Below are positions 25,440 to 36,959 of a DNA stretch of 64,000 nt, piece after piece (the stretch's first letter is position 1; every line of letters begins with the position of its first letter). The DNA lies in the NCBI GenBank assembly GCA_009914755.4, contig CP086569.2:3456001-3520000 (forward strand), given 5' to 3'. The DNA is from the human T2T-CHM13v2.0 reference genome, Homo sapiens. The notes beneath the pieces were generated by a model that saw nothing but the letters and a program-made list of their open reading frames with translations, did not search any database and had not been told where the DNA came from. The position numbers and the translations under genes were made by a program.

Positions 25440-26130
25440 AGCATGACCATAAACCACAAATTACATCTCCAACCAGAAACATTCCAACCCTAAGATAACC
25501 TCCCCCCAACCAGAGAGGACACCCTCCTGTTTGGGTGAGGCTCATAATGAGGCCCCCTCACCATTACAGGAGGAAATCTCTTCACTGCTGGCACTGACAA
25601 TGGAAGACTGAGGGTGCCCGGGATCCTTCACCCCCACATCCAGTGAGTCCACGGAACCCAGGGTAACTGGGATGGTATCTGGTAAGATTATTTCCTTCTT
25701 TTTGGATACTGGGGCGAGTCTATCAGTATTAACTGAAAATCAAGGCCCATTAGGACATTCATCTGTTTCTGTTGTTGGCATGAAGGACATACAAGTAACC
25801 CCATACAAAACACCACCACTATACTGCTCATTTGAGGTAGTCACCTTCACTCACTCTTGGTCATTCCCCATTGTCCCACTCCTTTACTAGGAAGGAACAT
25901 CCTACACAAACTAGGGGGAATCATTTATTTATTAGCCCTACATCAAAGCCACCCTTACTTATTATTATGTCAAGAACAAAACCCCTCCTCAGACACTCCA
26001 CATCAAATAGACTTAAATCCCAAATTCCTCAACCAGGTAAATCCCATAGTATGGAACACTGCATTAGCATTGCATAGTATGGAACATTGCAATAACAATG
26101 ATAGCTATTGCCAGTGGAATGTGTAAACTT
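25440..26130 (+). pseudogene. Class I ERV internal fragment: end of gag, protease and start of RT. An isolated remnant with no adjacent LTR identified.
   Basis: ORF 25672-25890 and the downstream frame give ...EPRVTGMVSGKIISFFLDTGASLSVLTENQGPLG...VTFTHSWSFPIVPLLLGRNILHKLGG... This matches the MLV protease ...[22 protein letters not shown]...[23 protein letters not shown]. Confidence 0.7.
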
Positions 26131-26556
26131 CTATACCCACTACATTAACCAGTTTGAAAATATTCCTTGACGTCATTCCTTAAAACATCTTTAATAACTA
26201 GTTCTTTGATTAAGACCTCTTATTTTCAAATTAATGTTTTATTGAATTACACTTTTTCTCACTAAACAAATTTTAGTATGTGATGGGTTTTTAATGGCCA
26301 GAAAACACATTCATTGTTCACTTTTATCCTGTGATCAAACTATATGCCAGTGATAAAATACTGATTTATAATTTAAACTTCTCTTGAGGGAGGCAAATGT
26401 CAGTTCCTACCTTGGTTTATCATAACACTATCTCTGTTGCCTTATATACAATTCAGAAATTAAAATATGCTTGTATTTTGGGTAGAGAAGGACAGGATAA
26501 ATCAAATACTATGTAACAATTGACCTTGTATAGACTCTATTTCAAAAGATACTTTA

Positions 26557-26760
26557 CCAGCTTGAGCAACATAGTGAGACACAGTCTTTACAATTTTTTT
26601 AATTATTAGCTGGGCATAGTGTGACACATGTTTGTACTGCCAACTACTCAGGAGACTGAACAGAAGGATCATTTGATTGCCATTATTACAACACTGCACT
26701 CCAGCATAGGTGAAAGAGAGACACCCTATCTCAAAAAATATATAAAACAACAATAAAAAA
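26557..26760 (+). mobile_element. Old Alu fragment (3' two-thirds, AluJ or FRAM-like) with an A-rich tail
   Basis: ccagcttgagcaacatagtgagacacagtctttacaa...ttagctgggcatagtgtgacacatg...actgcactccagcataggtgaaagagagacaccctatctcaaaaaa. Confidence 0.7.
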
Positions 26761-28136
26761 TACTTTAATACCTAGGATGAATTTTTTTTTGTGGTGGAAA
26801 ATCTAATGACATTGTTCATCAAATTAACTATAAGATAAATGACATAATTAATAATTTTTGCCAGATATATTTTAAGAAACATTTTTCATATAATATCAAA
26901 ATGAGAAAAAAATTGCTGTCATTTTCTAAAATCACTCTGAGAATAGTAAAATTAACTAGATCCATGTTGAAATGAGAACACTATAGATAAATAATATTTG
27001 TAAAGTACTCCAAGAATTTTAATCTCTTTAATATATTTGTCTCTCAAGTTTATTGAAAAAAGTTTGAAAATTCAAAGTTCAAACAGCAATGCCTTTTATT
27101 GTGGTAACATTTTGGCTAAAATACATCTTTGTAATATATACATATTGCACTTTTCAGTGATTTCTGGGTTATATTTTTTTTGATAAAGGTCATATAAAAT
27201 GTCAGGAAATGTTTGATTTTTAGTGAAAAATTATCTTGAAAACTATTATTTGCTGTTTCATTTCAAAGAAACAAGAATGAAGAGGAAAGAGATATTTCAT
27301 AACAAAAGTGTTGGGGTTTTTTAACTCAAAAATATTATTCATTTTATGAAATATTTCACAAGTTAGAATGCACTGTGAATTGGGAATGTTATATAATATG
27401 TTTGTTAATTATTAATCTTGATTTCTAATTGCCAAATTTTTCAAATTGATGATGTCTTGCAACTAGGCACACCAAGACACATTTGGGAGAGTAACTTTAT
27501 GAAACACTTTCTAAATTAGTGATGATAATTTAAAAATTAGGTTATTACTAGGTATATAAATTCACAGGGAATTATGATTTTTATGCTACATATATTTTAA
27601 AACACTCTTATTACTGTAGGCCTGGCTACATTAGGGTAATTACACAAAGCTTCAAGAAGGGGGAAATTTCCTTAAAATCTTAAACCATTGTATAATATAT
27701 GTATAATTATAATACCAATAATCCCAGTTCTTAATGCATTATACACCCATAGTTAATGGACTATGCAAAGAAATATTACTGACCACAAAGCTCACAAATT
27801 CTTCCACCTCTCTCCATGTCTACTACCAACACAAACTAAGCCTTTTTCTTACTAGGGTTATAGCAATAGACTTGTGCCTGGTTTTCCTATGTTCAGCCTA
27901 GTTGAAGCTCATTAATTTGTTGCTTTAATTATTTGATTAATACCAGTCACTGCCTTTAACCTACAAGTTCCCTGAGAGTAGGAATCAAACTGTTTTTGCT
28001 CAACATTGTATCTTAATGTCTGGCACATGGTAAACACTCAATAAATATTTGCTTGATAAATGAAACAAAGTGTAAAATAAATAAAATAGAAGAACACAGC
28101 AGAAAACATTCATAATGTGTTTTTTTGGAGAATGAC

Positions 28137-28310
28137 AAACAGGACAAAAGTTAATATCATCACAAAATAGTCTAGATACCATAATTTTCAGAGCCCTGGG
28201 CTTGATACGAATTAATAACTCAATCATGTTATAACTAATTATACTTGAGCTTATTATCCTCAATTGCCTTTTTTGGTGTCAAAATCAAGTCATATTGATA
28301 TTTTATTTCA
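28137..28310. repeat. Copy 1 of a local direct duplication of about 175 bp
   Basis: aaacaggacaaaagttaatatcatcacaaaatagtctagatacc...gagccctgggcttgatacgaattaataactca...ttgccttttttggtgtcaaaatcaagtcat recurs at 28984-29165. Confidence 0.8.
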
Positions 28311-28564
28311 ATATGCTTTTCTAAATTTTGAAAATAAATTAACAATGATATTTCATTTTTTATAAGAATAAAAGTTTTTATCTTATAAATTAGGTTTTCT
28401 TAACAATTTACTGTATATTTACCATTTGTGAATTTTCTGTTGAAATTTATTGGTACTTTCATCCTGTTTCACTCTTTGGGGAAAATCAGTTAGTCTATTC
28501 ATGACAAATTATTGCCAGCAATTTCATCCTTCTCATTTGTCTTAAAATTAGTTACTTCAGAATA

Positions 28565-28789
28565 GGAGTCTCTGCCACCCAGGATCAAGTGATTTTCTCA
28601 CCTCAGCCTTCAAAGTAGCTAGGACTAGGGGCATGCGCCACCACACCTGGCTAATTTTTTGTATTTATTCATAGAGATGGGGTTTCACTATGTTGCCCAG
28701 GCGGTTCTCAAACTCCTGGGCTCATGCGATCTGCCAGCCTTGGCCTCTCAAAATGCTAGGATTACTGGCATGAGCCACCGCACCCAGCC
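28565..28789 (-). mobile_element. Alu, minus orientation, truncated at the 3' end (no tail) with an internal deletion
   Basis: ...cctcagccttcaaagtagctaggactaggggcatgcgccaccacacctggctaattttttgtatt...ggtttcactatgttgcccaggcggttctcaaactcctgggctcatgcgatctgccagccttggcctctcaaaatgctaggattactggcatgagccaccgcacccagcc. Confidence 0.85.
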
Positions 28790-28983
28790 AATACTTCATC
28801 CTTTTTTATTGCTCTTCTGGAAGGCTTTTCAGCTCTAATATGCTTATCTTATTGAGGAAACAAGAGTAAAAATGAAAAAGAATTATATACTATATTTTAG
28901 AAAGAGAGACACCACGGATTTTAGAAAGGGAAGCTTCTTTCTCTGTGTTTTGCTGTTGATGCTCCACCTTCCTTGCAGAAAAC

Positions 28984-29165
28984 TAAACAGGACAAAAGTT
29001 AATATCATCACAAAATAGTCTAAATACAATAATTTCCAGAGCCCCGGGCTTAATACAAATTAATAACTCAGAGTCACTCATCTTATAACTATTATACTTG
29101 AGCTTATTTTCCCAAATTGCCTTTTTTTGGTGTGAAAATCAAGTCATGTAGATTAATTTCATGAT
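28984..29165. repeat. Copy 2 of the local direct duplication
   Basis: aaacaggacaaaagttaatatcatcacaaaatagtctaaatacaataatttccagagccccgggcttaatacaaattaataactca...ttgcctttttttggtgtgaaaatcaagtcat. Confidence 0.8.
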
Positions 29166-30769
29166 CTATTTGAACAAAGATACTTATTTCATGACTGAAT
29201 GATCTGACTTTGATATATTTGTCTTATTTTTTCAAAATATCTGGTTAGATCATGTTTTCTACTTTATATACTGCCTTTCTAGGCCAGACTGACAAATATC
29301 CTACATTAGACATGGAGGCAGTCTGAATTTCAATGAAAAAGTAATGAATGTTTTGCAACAAACCTGTACGTTATTGGGTATGTAGAAAGGTTAAGACCAC
29401 TGAGACGTACACATCCATACCCTGGTTTATTAAATGCAACTAAATTAAATTGTTTCAAAATTTTGCTAATGATTCTAACAATATAATCCTTATGTTAATG
29501 TTGAAAACAATTGCATTTTTTATTTTTTGGTTGATCAATTTTGTGGCATAGTTTTGAATCCCAGACACCTTGCAGAGCAATACTTTGCTTTTCACTGTCC
29601 AAAGAGATACAAGTATAAAGTATACTTTCATCTTAATCAGAGGCAGTCATAGATTTTTTTTTTTAATATACAGTGTCAGATCAGGAAAAGAAGCTATCAC
29701 TGATAGAATTTTTTTTAAACATCATAATTTTTAAAAAGTTATTTTCTATGACACATCATACTGTAACATTGAGATTCATAATACTCTGCCCTGATATGTT
29801 ATTAAACGTGAGGATAAAAATAATTACTAAATCCTTTTTCATTACACATGTAGAATTTTTACTTCAGCCTAATTTCCACAGTAATTAGTTCATGTCTTTA
29901 TTAAAGAGATTCTCTGGAAAAGTTCAAATTTAGCTATGTCATAAGTAGCCAACTGGAGGACTTATCTTTCCGAAGAGAAGCAAGCCAATAAAATTATTCA
30001 AGATTATCAGCAGGCACAATTTCTAGATGTAAATTCCATCTCCAACCAAATCCTTCTGAGCACAATCTCAATGGCAACAATAAAGCAGGTCTCACTCCAG
30101 AGAATGTTACCCCTGTTGTATTTCAACGTTTAGACAGGGTCTTCTGTTTGTTTCTTTGATTTTATGGAAAGAGCTTTTCAACTTTTTAAACTTGTTTGTT
30201 TCTTTCAAATAGAAAAACACTAGGTTTTCAAAGGAAATTATACCAACCTAATTACTTTTAACAAATTCAAATTCTGATTGCGCATATAGATATATAATGT
30301 GCTTTGAAAAATTTTCTGTTCTGTTTTAGAAAGTACTAATATCAGAAATATATTTTAGTGTGCTATTTCTGAGACATTCGTTTTTTAAGAAATCAGTAAA
30401 AACATTGGATTATAATAGAAATGGCAAAATTTCCCCCATTCAGTTACATATACATGTAAAAATTTAAATCACCATGAAGCATTTATATCATCATTTTAAA
30501 TAGATTTCCCTATATTATCAATACTTACATGCATCAGTTCATATTTAAAATGGCACAAATATTCTGAATGGATAAAATTTCTTATAAAAGGCATTCATTC
30601 CCACAAGCTGCTGAGCAATTATATATAATAGTTTTATGTATAATTGTTTCTCTTACAGTTATCATGTAAATTGATCATCCTAATCACAATGCAAGTTTAC
30701 ATATGTTTTTGTTATTGTTATTATTTTATTGTATTTTATTTTGTTTTTCCAAGATGATAGCAAATTGGA

Positions 30770-32806
30770 GTCAGTGTTAGCAAGACTCTCCCACTTGGAA
30801 AGACAAAATAGTGTATAGTCATTCACACTGTGAACTCTATTTCCAAGAAGAAATGCAGAAACTTAACAGGAAAACGGAAATCCACCAATTCTCTGAAAGA
30901 AGCTGCATGCTGCAGCCTACATTGTAAGGTAGGCAAAAAACTGTTTTAACTTCCCAGAATGTGAGAGGGAAAGAGAGTGCTTCGGGATATACCCTCCCAC
31001 CAGGAAACCTGGAAATCCAGCCCTCAGGAAAAGCCTGAACGCTACACAGAGCTGGTACTGATTTAGGGAGCAGTGAGGAATGGGAAGAGCCTTGTGTGGG
31101 ACCTTGTGGAAGTCACCCAATTAACTCAGGCAACATTTGCAAGTTGAAAGAAGCTCCTACCTGAATTTTGTGAAATAGCTATTTCCCAGGGAGGCTTCTG
31201 GTCTGCGGCAGTCTTAGTTCTGAATATAGACGTCCTGGAATTTAGCTCACTGCTGTTAGCAGAAATCTACAGGTGTGAGAACTACCTTGCCAAGTGCATG
31301 GGATCTGGGTGGGGCTTACTGATGCCTGCTGTGCCCCACTTCTTGCACAAACTATTCTGTGCAGTAGAGGCAGCTTTTCTCCACTCTGGTACATTACATC
31401 AGTGGTGAGGTAACTGTCCCTCAACTCCCACAGTGGCTGCAGATTGCCCCACATATGGAGAGTCAGAGCATGGATCTCTCTGACCCAGCCCACACCTGAT
31501 TTTGCCCCTCTACCCACACTGATAGCCTAACACAAAAGACAGGAACTTTTGGGAGCTTTATGTCCCCACCCATCACCTGAGAAACCAGAGTGCCTCCTTT
31601 GGGTAACATAAGGCAAACACAAATCTCAACACTACTACTGCAGCTGATGCTCCTTTGCAAACACGACCTCCTAGCTGGAGGCCAACCAACACAGTCCATT
31701 ACAGCACTTTCAGGTAGATAACACTGCACCCCGGAAGGAGAAAATTTGTACATGATATCAGCTATCACCATTGCCTGCACCAACATGACTAACCAGGAAG
31801 TCCTGATACTATCTACGTGACCAGTTTATTTTTGCTGCAACTGGCATTTGAGAAAGCCAACACACTAACACTATCCATAGCCAAAGAATCTCAACGAGTC
31901 TACATTACTCCCCTGCCGCCTGCATCAGAACTGGTGCTGGTACTTGATACTGGGAGACTTGAGGACAGGTCACATCTCTGAATCCCTTGCAGACATTTCC
32001 CAGCACCAGCCTAGAGTGTGGCAGACCCATTAGGCAGCTAGGCCCAGAAGAGCAACAACATTCACATTCTGGCTCTCAGGGACTCCTACTACTAGGGCAA
32101 GGGGTAGTACGTCACGTAAAGGGAACACTACGGCACAAAAGTATCTGGATAGCAGGCCTTCAGTCCCAGATTTTTCCACTTGTGGAATGTTTTTTTCAGC
32201 AGAGGCACAGTTGCAGTAATGGGCTCAGCAGGGAAAGTCTGCAGTTCTACTCCAACAGTCAGGAAGCCCTGGTGCTCATGAAGCATCTTGGAGAAGAGGA
32301 AATATTTCCCCCCTTTTCCACCACTGAAGACATAGCTGGGGCTTTTCTCTCAGGAGAGTGGCATGGGTGCACATATAGACAGCTTTTCTGAAACACTTCA
32401 GGGTGATCCACATAGGAGGGGCACCCTCCAGGTGCAAGCTTGCAGGAGATGTACAGTCACCATTCGTCTCTACTTGGAGCATCAACATTCCTGCATAATA
32501 AAAGAGATGCCTGTCTGATCTGAATACCCAGAACACTGGGTCAAGAGTATGTGTGGGAGGTGGATTGCTTTCCTGCTGTCCTGGCAGGGGAGTTGAGATG
32601 GCTCCAGTCCTTTCCTCTGACAAGAACTCAGTGTGACTCACTGAGAGCTCCCCCAGCCATCTCTGTCAAGGCTAGGACCCCTGCCCACCATTGGGTATTG
32701 CATTCACCAACCTGCTTTAGTCATAGACAGTTTTTAGCTAAGGACGCCTCCCATACAGGCCAGAAACCTGAGTGATTCAACCCAGTAAATAAAATACTGG
32801 GAAAAA

Positions 32807-32853
<47 letters not shown>

Positions 32854-34360
32854 AGCGACAGCATTCACTGTAGTCTGGCTCAGTAAATAAATTACTTGGG
32901 AATATTCAACCCAGTAAATAAAATATTCAACCTAGTAAATAAAATAGTGGGGAAAAATAAATAAATAAAAGTGCAAACCATAGGGAATGAGTTTCAAGAG
33001 ATCTCTGCCATTCCAACTCTATAGGAGACTGAACTTCTCACACATCAAGCATGTTTCCACTACAACCAGCATCTGAGAAAGCAATCATATAAAGACTCTC
33101 TGTAACCATGGAACTCATATAAAACCATCATCCTGAAAGCATTAAGAGCTTAATTATACTACAATAAACTATAAACATTAAAGTCATATGCTTAAGGGGA
33201 AAAAGGGCAATTTTGAAATAAACACAGTGAAATAAGAAATAAAATTAAGAAAAAATAGAAGAAATATTCTACCCAAATCAGAAGGAACCAGAAAAGTAAT
33301 TCTGGTAATATGACAAAAGAGGATTCTATAACACCCTCCAAAAATCACACTAGCCCTCTGGCAATGGATTCAAATCAAGATGAAATATTTGAAATACCAG
33401 ATAAAGAATCCCCAAAGGTTGATTATTAAGCTACTCAACAAGACACCATAGAAAGGTAAAAACCAACATAAAGAAAGTAAAACAAGCAAACAAAAAATAA
33501 TTCAGGCGTGAATAACAAGATTTCTAAAGAGAATGATATCTTAAGGAATATCAATCAGAAGTTCTGGAAATGTAAGACATATTCAGGGAATTAAAAAATA
33601 CAGTGGAAAGAAGTTTCAACAATAGACTAGAACAAGTAGAAGAATGACTTTCAGAGCTTGAAGACAAGGCTTACAAATTAATGCAATCAGAGAAAAACAA
33701 AAGAAATAAGAATCAAAGGAAATAAACAAAGTCTCCATAATTACAGAATCATCTAAAATGACCAAACCAAAGAATAATTGGTGTTCCTAAGGGAGAAGGG
33801 AAAGCTAAAAGTGTGAAAAACATTTTTGAGGTAATAATTGAGAAACTCTTCCATGGCCTTGCTGGAGACTGATATTCAAACAGAAGAAGCTCAAAGAACT
33901 CCTGGGAGATTTATTGCAAAAAGTCATCACCAAGGCATATATTCATTAAGCTATCTAAAATCAATATGAAAGAAAGAACTCCAAGAGCAGTAAAACAAAA
34001 GCATCAGGTAACCTATAAAGGAAAACCCATCATACTAACAGGAGACTTCTCAACAGAAACTTTATAAGCCAGAAGGAAATAGGGTCCTATCTTTAGCTTC
34101 CTTAAACAGAATAACTGTCAGCCAATAATCTTGTATCCAGCAAAACAAAGTTTCTTAAATGAAGGAGAAATAAAATCATTTCCAGTCAAACAAATGCTGA
34201 GGAAATTTGTTACTATCAGGCCAGTTGTACAAGAAATGTTAAAAGAAGTCCAAAACCTTGAAACAAAACTTGATATGTACCAAAATAAAACCTCTTGAAA
34301 GCATAAAACTGAAAAAGCCTATAAAACAATAACAAAACAACAAAAAGCCAAGTATCTAGG
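30770..34360 (+). mobile_element. Outer L1 (here called L1-X), part 1: long 5'UTR, ORF1 (around 33160-34290) and the start of the inter-ORF spacer. L1PA8-L1PB-like. The 5' start is uncertain, somewhere in 30770-30900.
   Basis: The + strand frame from 33160 on matches L1 ORF1 well (...IGVPKGEGKAKSVKNIFEVII.EKLLPWP...FKQKKLKELLGDLLQKVITKAYI...). It ends ...SSQTNAEEICYYQASCTRNVKRS (compare FTDKQMLREFVTTRPALQELLKEAL). Upstream is non-coding sequence that resembles an L1 5'UTR. The candidate start gtttttccaagatgatagcaaattggagtcag resembles the L1 5' end GGGAGGAGGAGCCAAGATGGCCGAATAGGAACAGCTCC (with fewer matches than L1-Y's start at 36960). Confidence 0.7.
32805..32853. repeat. (AAAT)12 microsatellite inside the L1-X 5'UTR, with adjacent partial re-duplication of the motif ttcaacccagtaaataaaata at 32776, 32906 and 32926
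   Basis: Read directly. Confidence 0.9.
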
Positions 34361-36595
34361 TGATTAGTCTGATTTCATACTGCTATAAAGAACTGCCCAA
34401 GACTGGGCAATTTATAAGGGAGAGAAATTTAATTGACTCACAGTTCAGCACAGCTGGGGAAGCCATGGTAAATTTACAATCATGGCGAAGTTGAAGAGGG
34501 AGCAAGGCACCATCTTCACAAGGTGGTAGGAAGAAGTGCTGAGTGAAGGGGGAAGGGCCCCTTATAAAACCATCAGATCTCATGGGAACTCACTATCATG
34601 AGAACAGCATGAGGGAAACTGCCCCAATGAGCAGTTACTTCCACCTGGTCTCTACCTTGACATTTGGGGATTATGGGGATTATAATTCAAATGAGATTTG
34701 GGTGGGGACACAAAGCCTAACCATATAATTCTGCCCCTGGCCCCTCCCAAATCTCATGCCCTTTCATGTTTCAAAACCAATCATGCCTTCCCAAAGTCTT
34801 CATTAATTCCAGTATTAACACAAAAGTCCAAGACCAAAGTCTCATCTAAGATAAGGCAAGTCTCTTCTGTCTATGAGCCTGTAAAATCAAAAGAAAGTTA
34901 GTGACTTCCTAGTCACTAGGAAGTCTAAGTGGTACAGGCATTGGATAAATGCAGTCATTCCAAATGGGAGAAATTGGCCAAAACAAAGGGGCTACAGGCC
35001 CCATGGACCAAAATCCAGCAGGGGAGTCAAATATTAAAGCTCTGAAATGATCTTCTTTGACTCCATGTCTCATATCCAGGTTACACTGATGCAAGAAGTG
35101 GGCTCCTACCATCTTGGGCAGCCCTGACCCTGTGGCTTTGCAGAGTACAGCCCCCATCCCTGCTTCTCTTATGGGCTGGCATTGAGTGTCTGTGGCTTTT
35201 CCAGGCACATGGTGCAAGCTGTTGGTAGATCTACCATTCTGGGGTCTAGAGGATGGTGGCCCTCTTCTCACAGCTCCACTAAGCAGTGCCCTAGAGGGGA
35301 CTCTGTGTGTGGGCTCTGGCCCCACATTTCCCTTCTACAATGCACTAGCAGAGTTTCTGCATGAGGACTCCACCTCTGCACCAGACTTCTTCCTGGACAT
35401 CCAGGCATTTCCATACACACTCTGAAATCTAGGCAGTGGTTCCCTAACCTCATTTCTTGACCTCTGCACACCCACAGGTCCAACACCATGTGAAAGCTCT
35501 CAAGGCTTGGGGCTTTCACCCTCTGAAGCAACAACCTGAGCTGTACTTTGGCTCCTTTTAGCCACAGCTGAAGTGGCTGGGACACAGGGCACCAATTCCC
35601 AAAGCTGCGCACAACATGGGGACCCTGGACCTGACCCAGAATGCCATTTTTTCCTTCTAGATCTCTGGGCCTGTGATGGGAGGGGCTGCAATGAAGGTGT
35701 CTCACATGTCCTGGAGACATTTTCCCATCGTCTTGGTGATTAACACTTGGCTCCTTTTTACGTATGCATATTTATGTGCCAGGCCTGAATTTCTTCCCAG
35801 AAAATGTGTTTTGTTTTTGACTGCATTGTCAGGCTGCAAATTTTTCAATCTTTTATGCTCTGCTTCCCTTTTAAACATAAGTTCCTATTTCAGATTATTT
35901 CTATCAAGTTCAAAGCTCCACAGATAGCAAGGCCTGGAGCAAAATGCCACCAGTCTCTTTGCTAAAGCACAGCAAGAGTTACCTCTTCTTCACCCAAAAC
36001 CACCTCAGTCTGGACTTCGTTACTCATATCACTATCAGCATTCTGGTCAAAACCATTCAACAAGACTCTAGGAAGTTCCAAACCTTCCACATCTTCCTGT
36101 CTTTTTTTAAGCCCTCCAAGCTGTTCCATTCTCTGTCTGTTACTCAGTTCCAAAGTTGCTTCCACATTTTTGTGTATTTCTATAGCAGCACCCTACTCCC
36201 TGTAGTATCAATTTATTGTATTTGTCCATGTTAATACTGCTATAAACAACTGCCTGCGACTGGGTAATTTATAAAGAAAATAGATTTAATTGACCACTGT
36301 TCATCTTGGCTGGAGAGGATTCAGAAAACTTACAATCAAGACAAAAAGAAAAGAGGAAGCAAGACACCTTTTTTTACGAGGCAAAAGAAAGGAGAAGTGT
36401 AGAGAAAAAAGAGAAGAGCCCCTTAGAAAACCATCAGATCTCCATGAGCACTCACTAGGTATTACAAGAACAGAATGGGGGAAGCTGCCCCATGATTCAA
36501 TTACCTCCACCTTGCATCTCCCCTGACATTTGGGGATTATGTGGATTATAACTCAAGATGAGATATGTGTGGGAACACAAAACCTAACCATATCA
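34361..36595 (-). mobile_element. Complete THE1-type MaLR (ERVL-MaLR) element, LTR-internal-LTR, 2235 bp. LTRs lie at 34361-34728 and 36217-36595. The 5-bp target-site duplication is CTAGG (34356-34360 and 36596-36600). It is inserted in the L1-X inter-ORF spacer.
   Basis: Both ends carry roughly 365-bp copies. The right-hand copy begins tgtatttgtccatgttaatactgctataaacaactgcctgcgactgggtaatttataaag and ends ...gggaacacaaaacctaaccatatca. The left-hand copy begins tgattagtctgatttcatactgctataaagaactgcccaagactgggcaatttataag, the reverse complement of the THE1 LTR end ...ccagtctcgggtatgtctttattagcagc.tgagaac.gactaataca. The 1.5 kb internal region is non-coding (THE1-int-like). Confidence 0.85.
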
Positions 36596-36600
36596 CTAGG

Positions 36601-36959
36601 TAATAATTAATATAATGTATATGACAATTGCTCCACTTAAATAATATAGATTGGCAGAATGGATAAAAGAAACAAAATCAAATATCTGCTGTCTTCAAGA
36701 TACCTAAAATGTAAGAATTCATATAAACTCAAGATAAAGGGGTGGAAGATATTCCATGGAAATAAAAATAAAAACCAAAAACAGGCAGTAGTAGCTATTC
36801 TTGTATCAGATAAAACAGACTTTAAAGCAACAGCAATAATAAAAGACAAAGGGGGTCATTATATAATGATAAAAGGATCATTCCAACAAGAAGACATTAT
36901 AATTCTAATTATATATATACCTAACATTGAAGAACCCAGATTCATAAAACAATTACTAG
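36601..36959 (+). mobile_element. L1-X part 2: end of the inter-ORF spacer and ORF2 codons about 20-120 (EN domain)
   Basis: ORF 36659-36982 starts MDKRNKIKYLLSSRYLKCKNSYKLKIKGWKIFHGNKNKNQKQAVVAILVSDKTDFKATAIIKDKGGHYIMIKGSFQQEDIIILIIYIPNIEEPRFIKQLL. This matches L1 ORF2 WIKKQDP..CCLQETHL..KDTHRLKVKGWKKI..ANG.QK.AGVAIL.SDK.DFK...IKRDKEGHYIMIKGSIQQEDITILNIYAPN.GAPRFIKQ.L. Confidence 0.85.

Noticed and set aside
34361-36595. Initial reading of the 2.3 kb blocks (also 44275-46628) as old-L1 3'UTR sequence
   Set aside because: Each block is bounded by TG...CA and carries the same 365-bp sequence at both ends (LTRs). It ends ...ccaaaccatatca, which is the reverse complement of the THE1 LTR start tgatatggtttgg. 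It is flanked by a 5-bp duplication and has no poly(A). It is a MaLR/THE1 retroelement, not part of L1.
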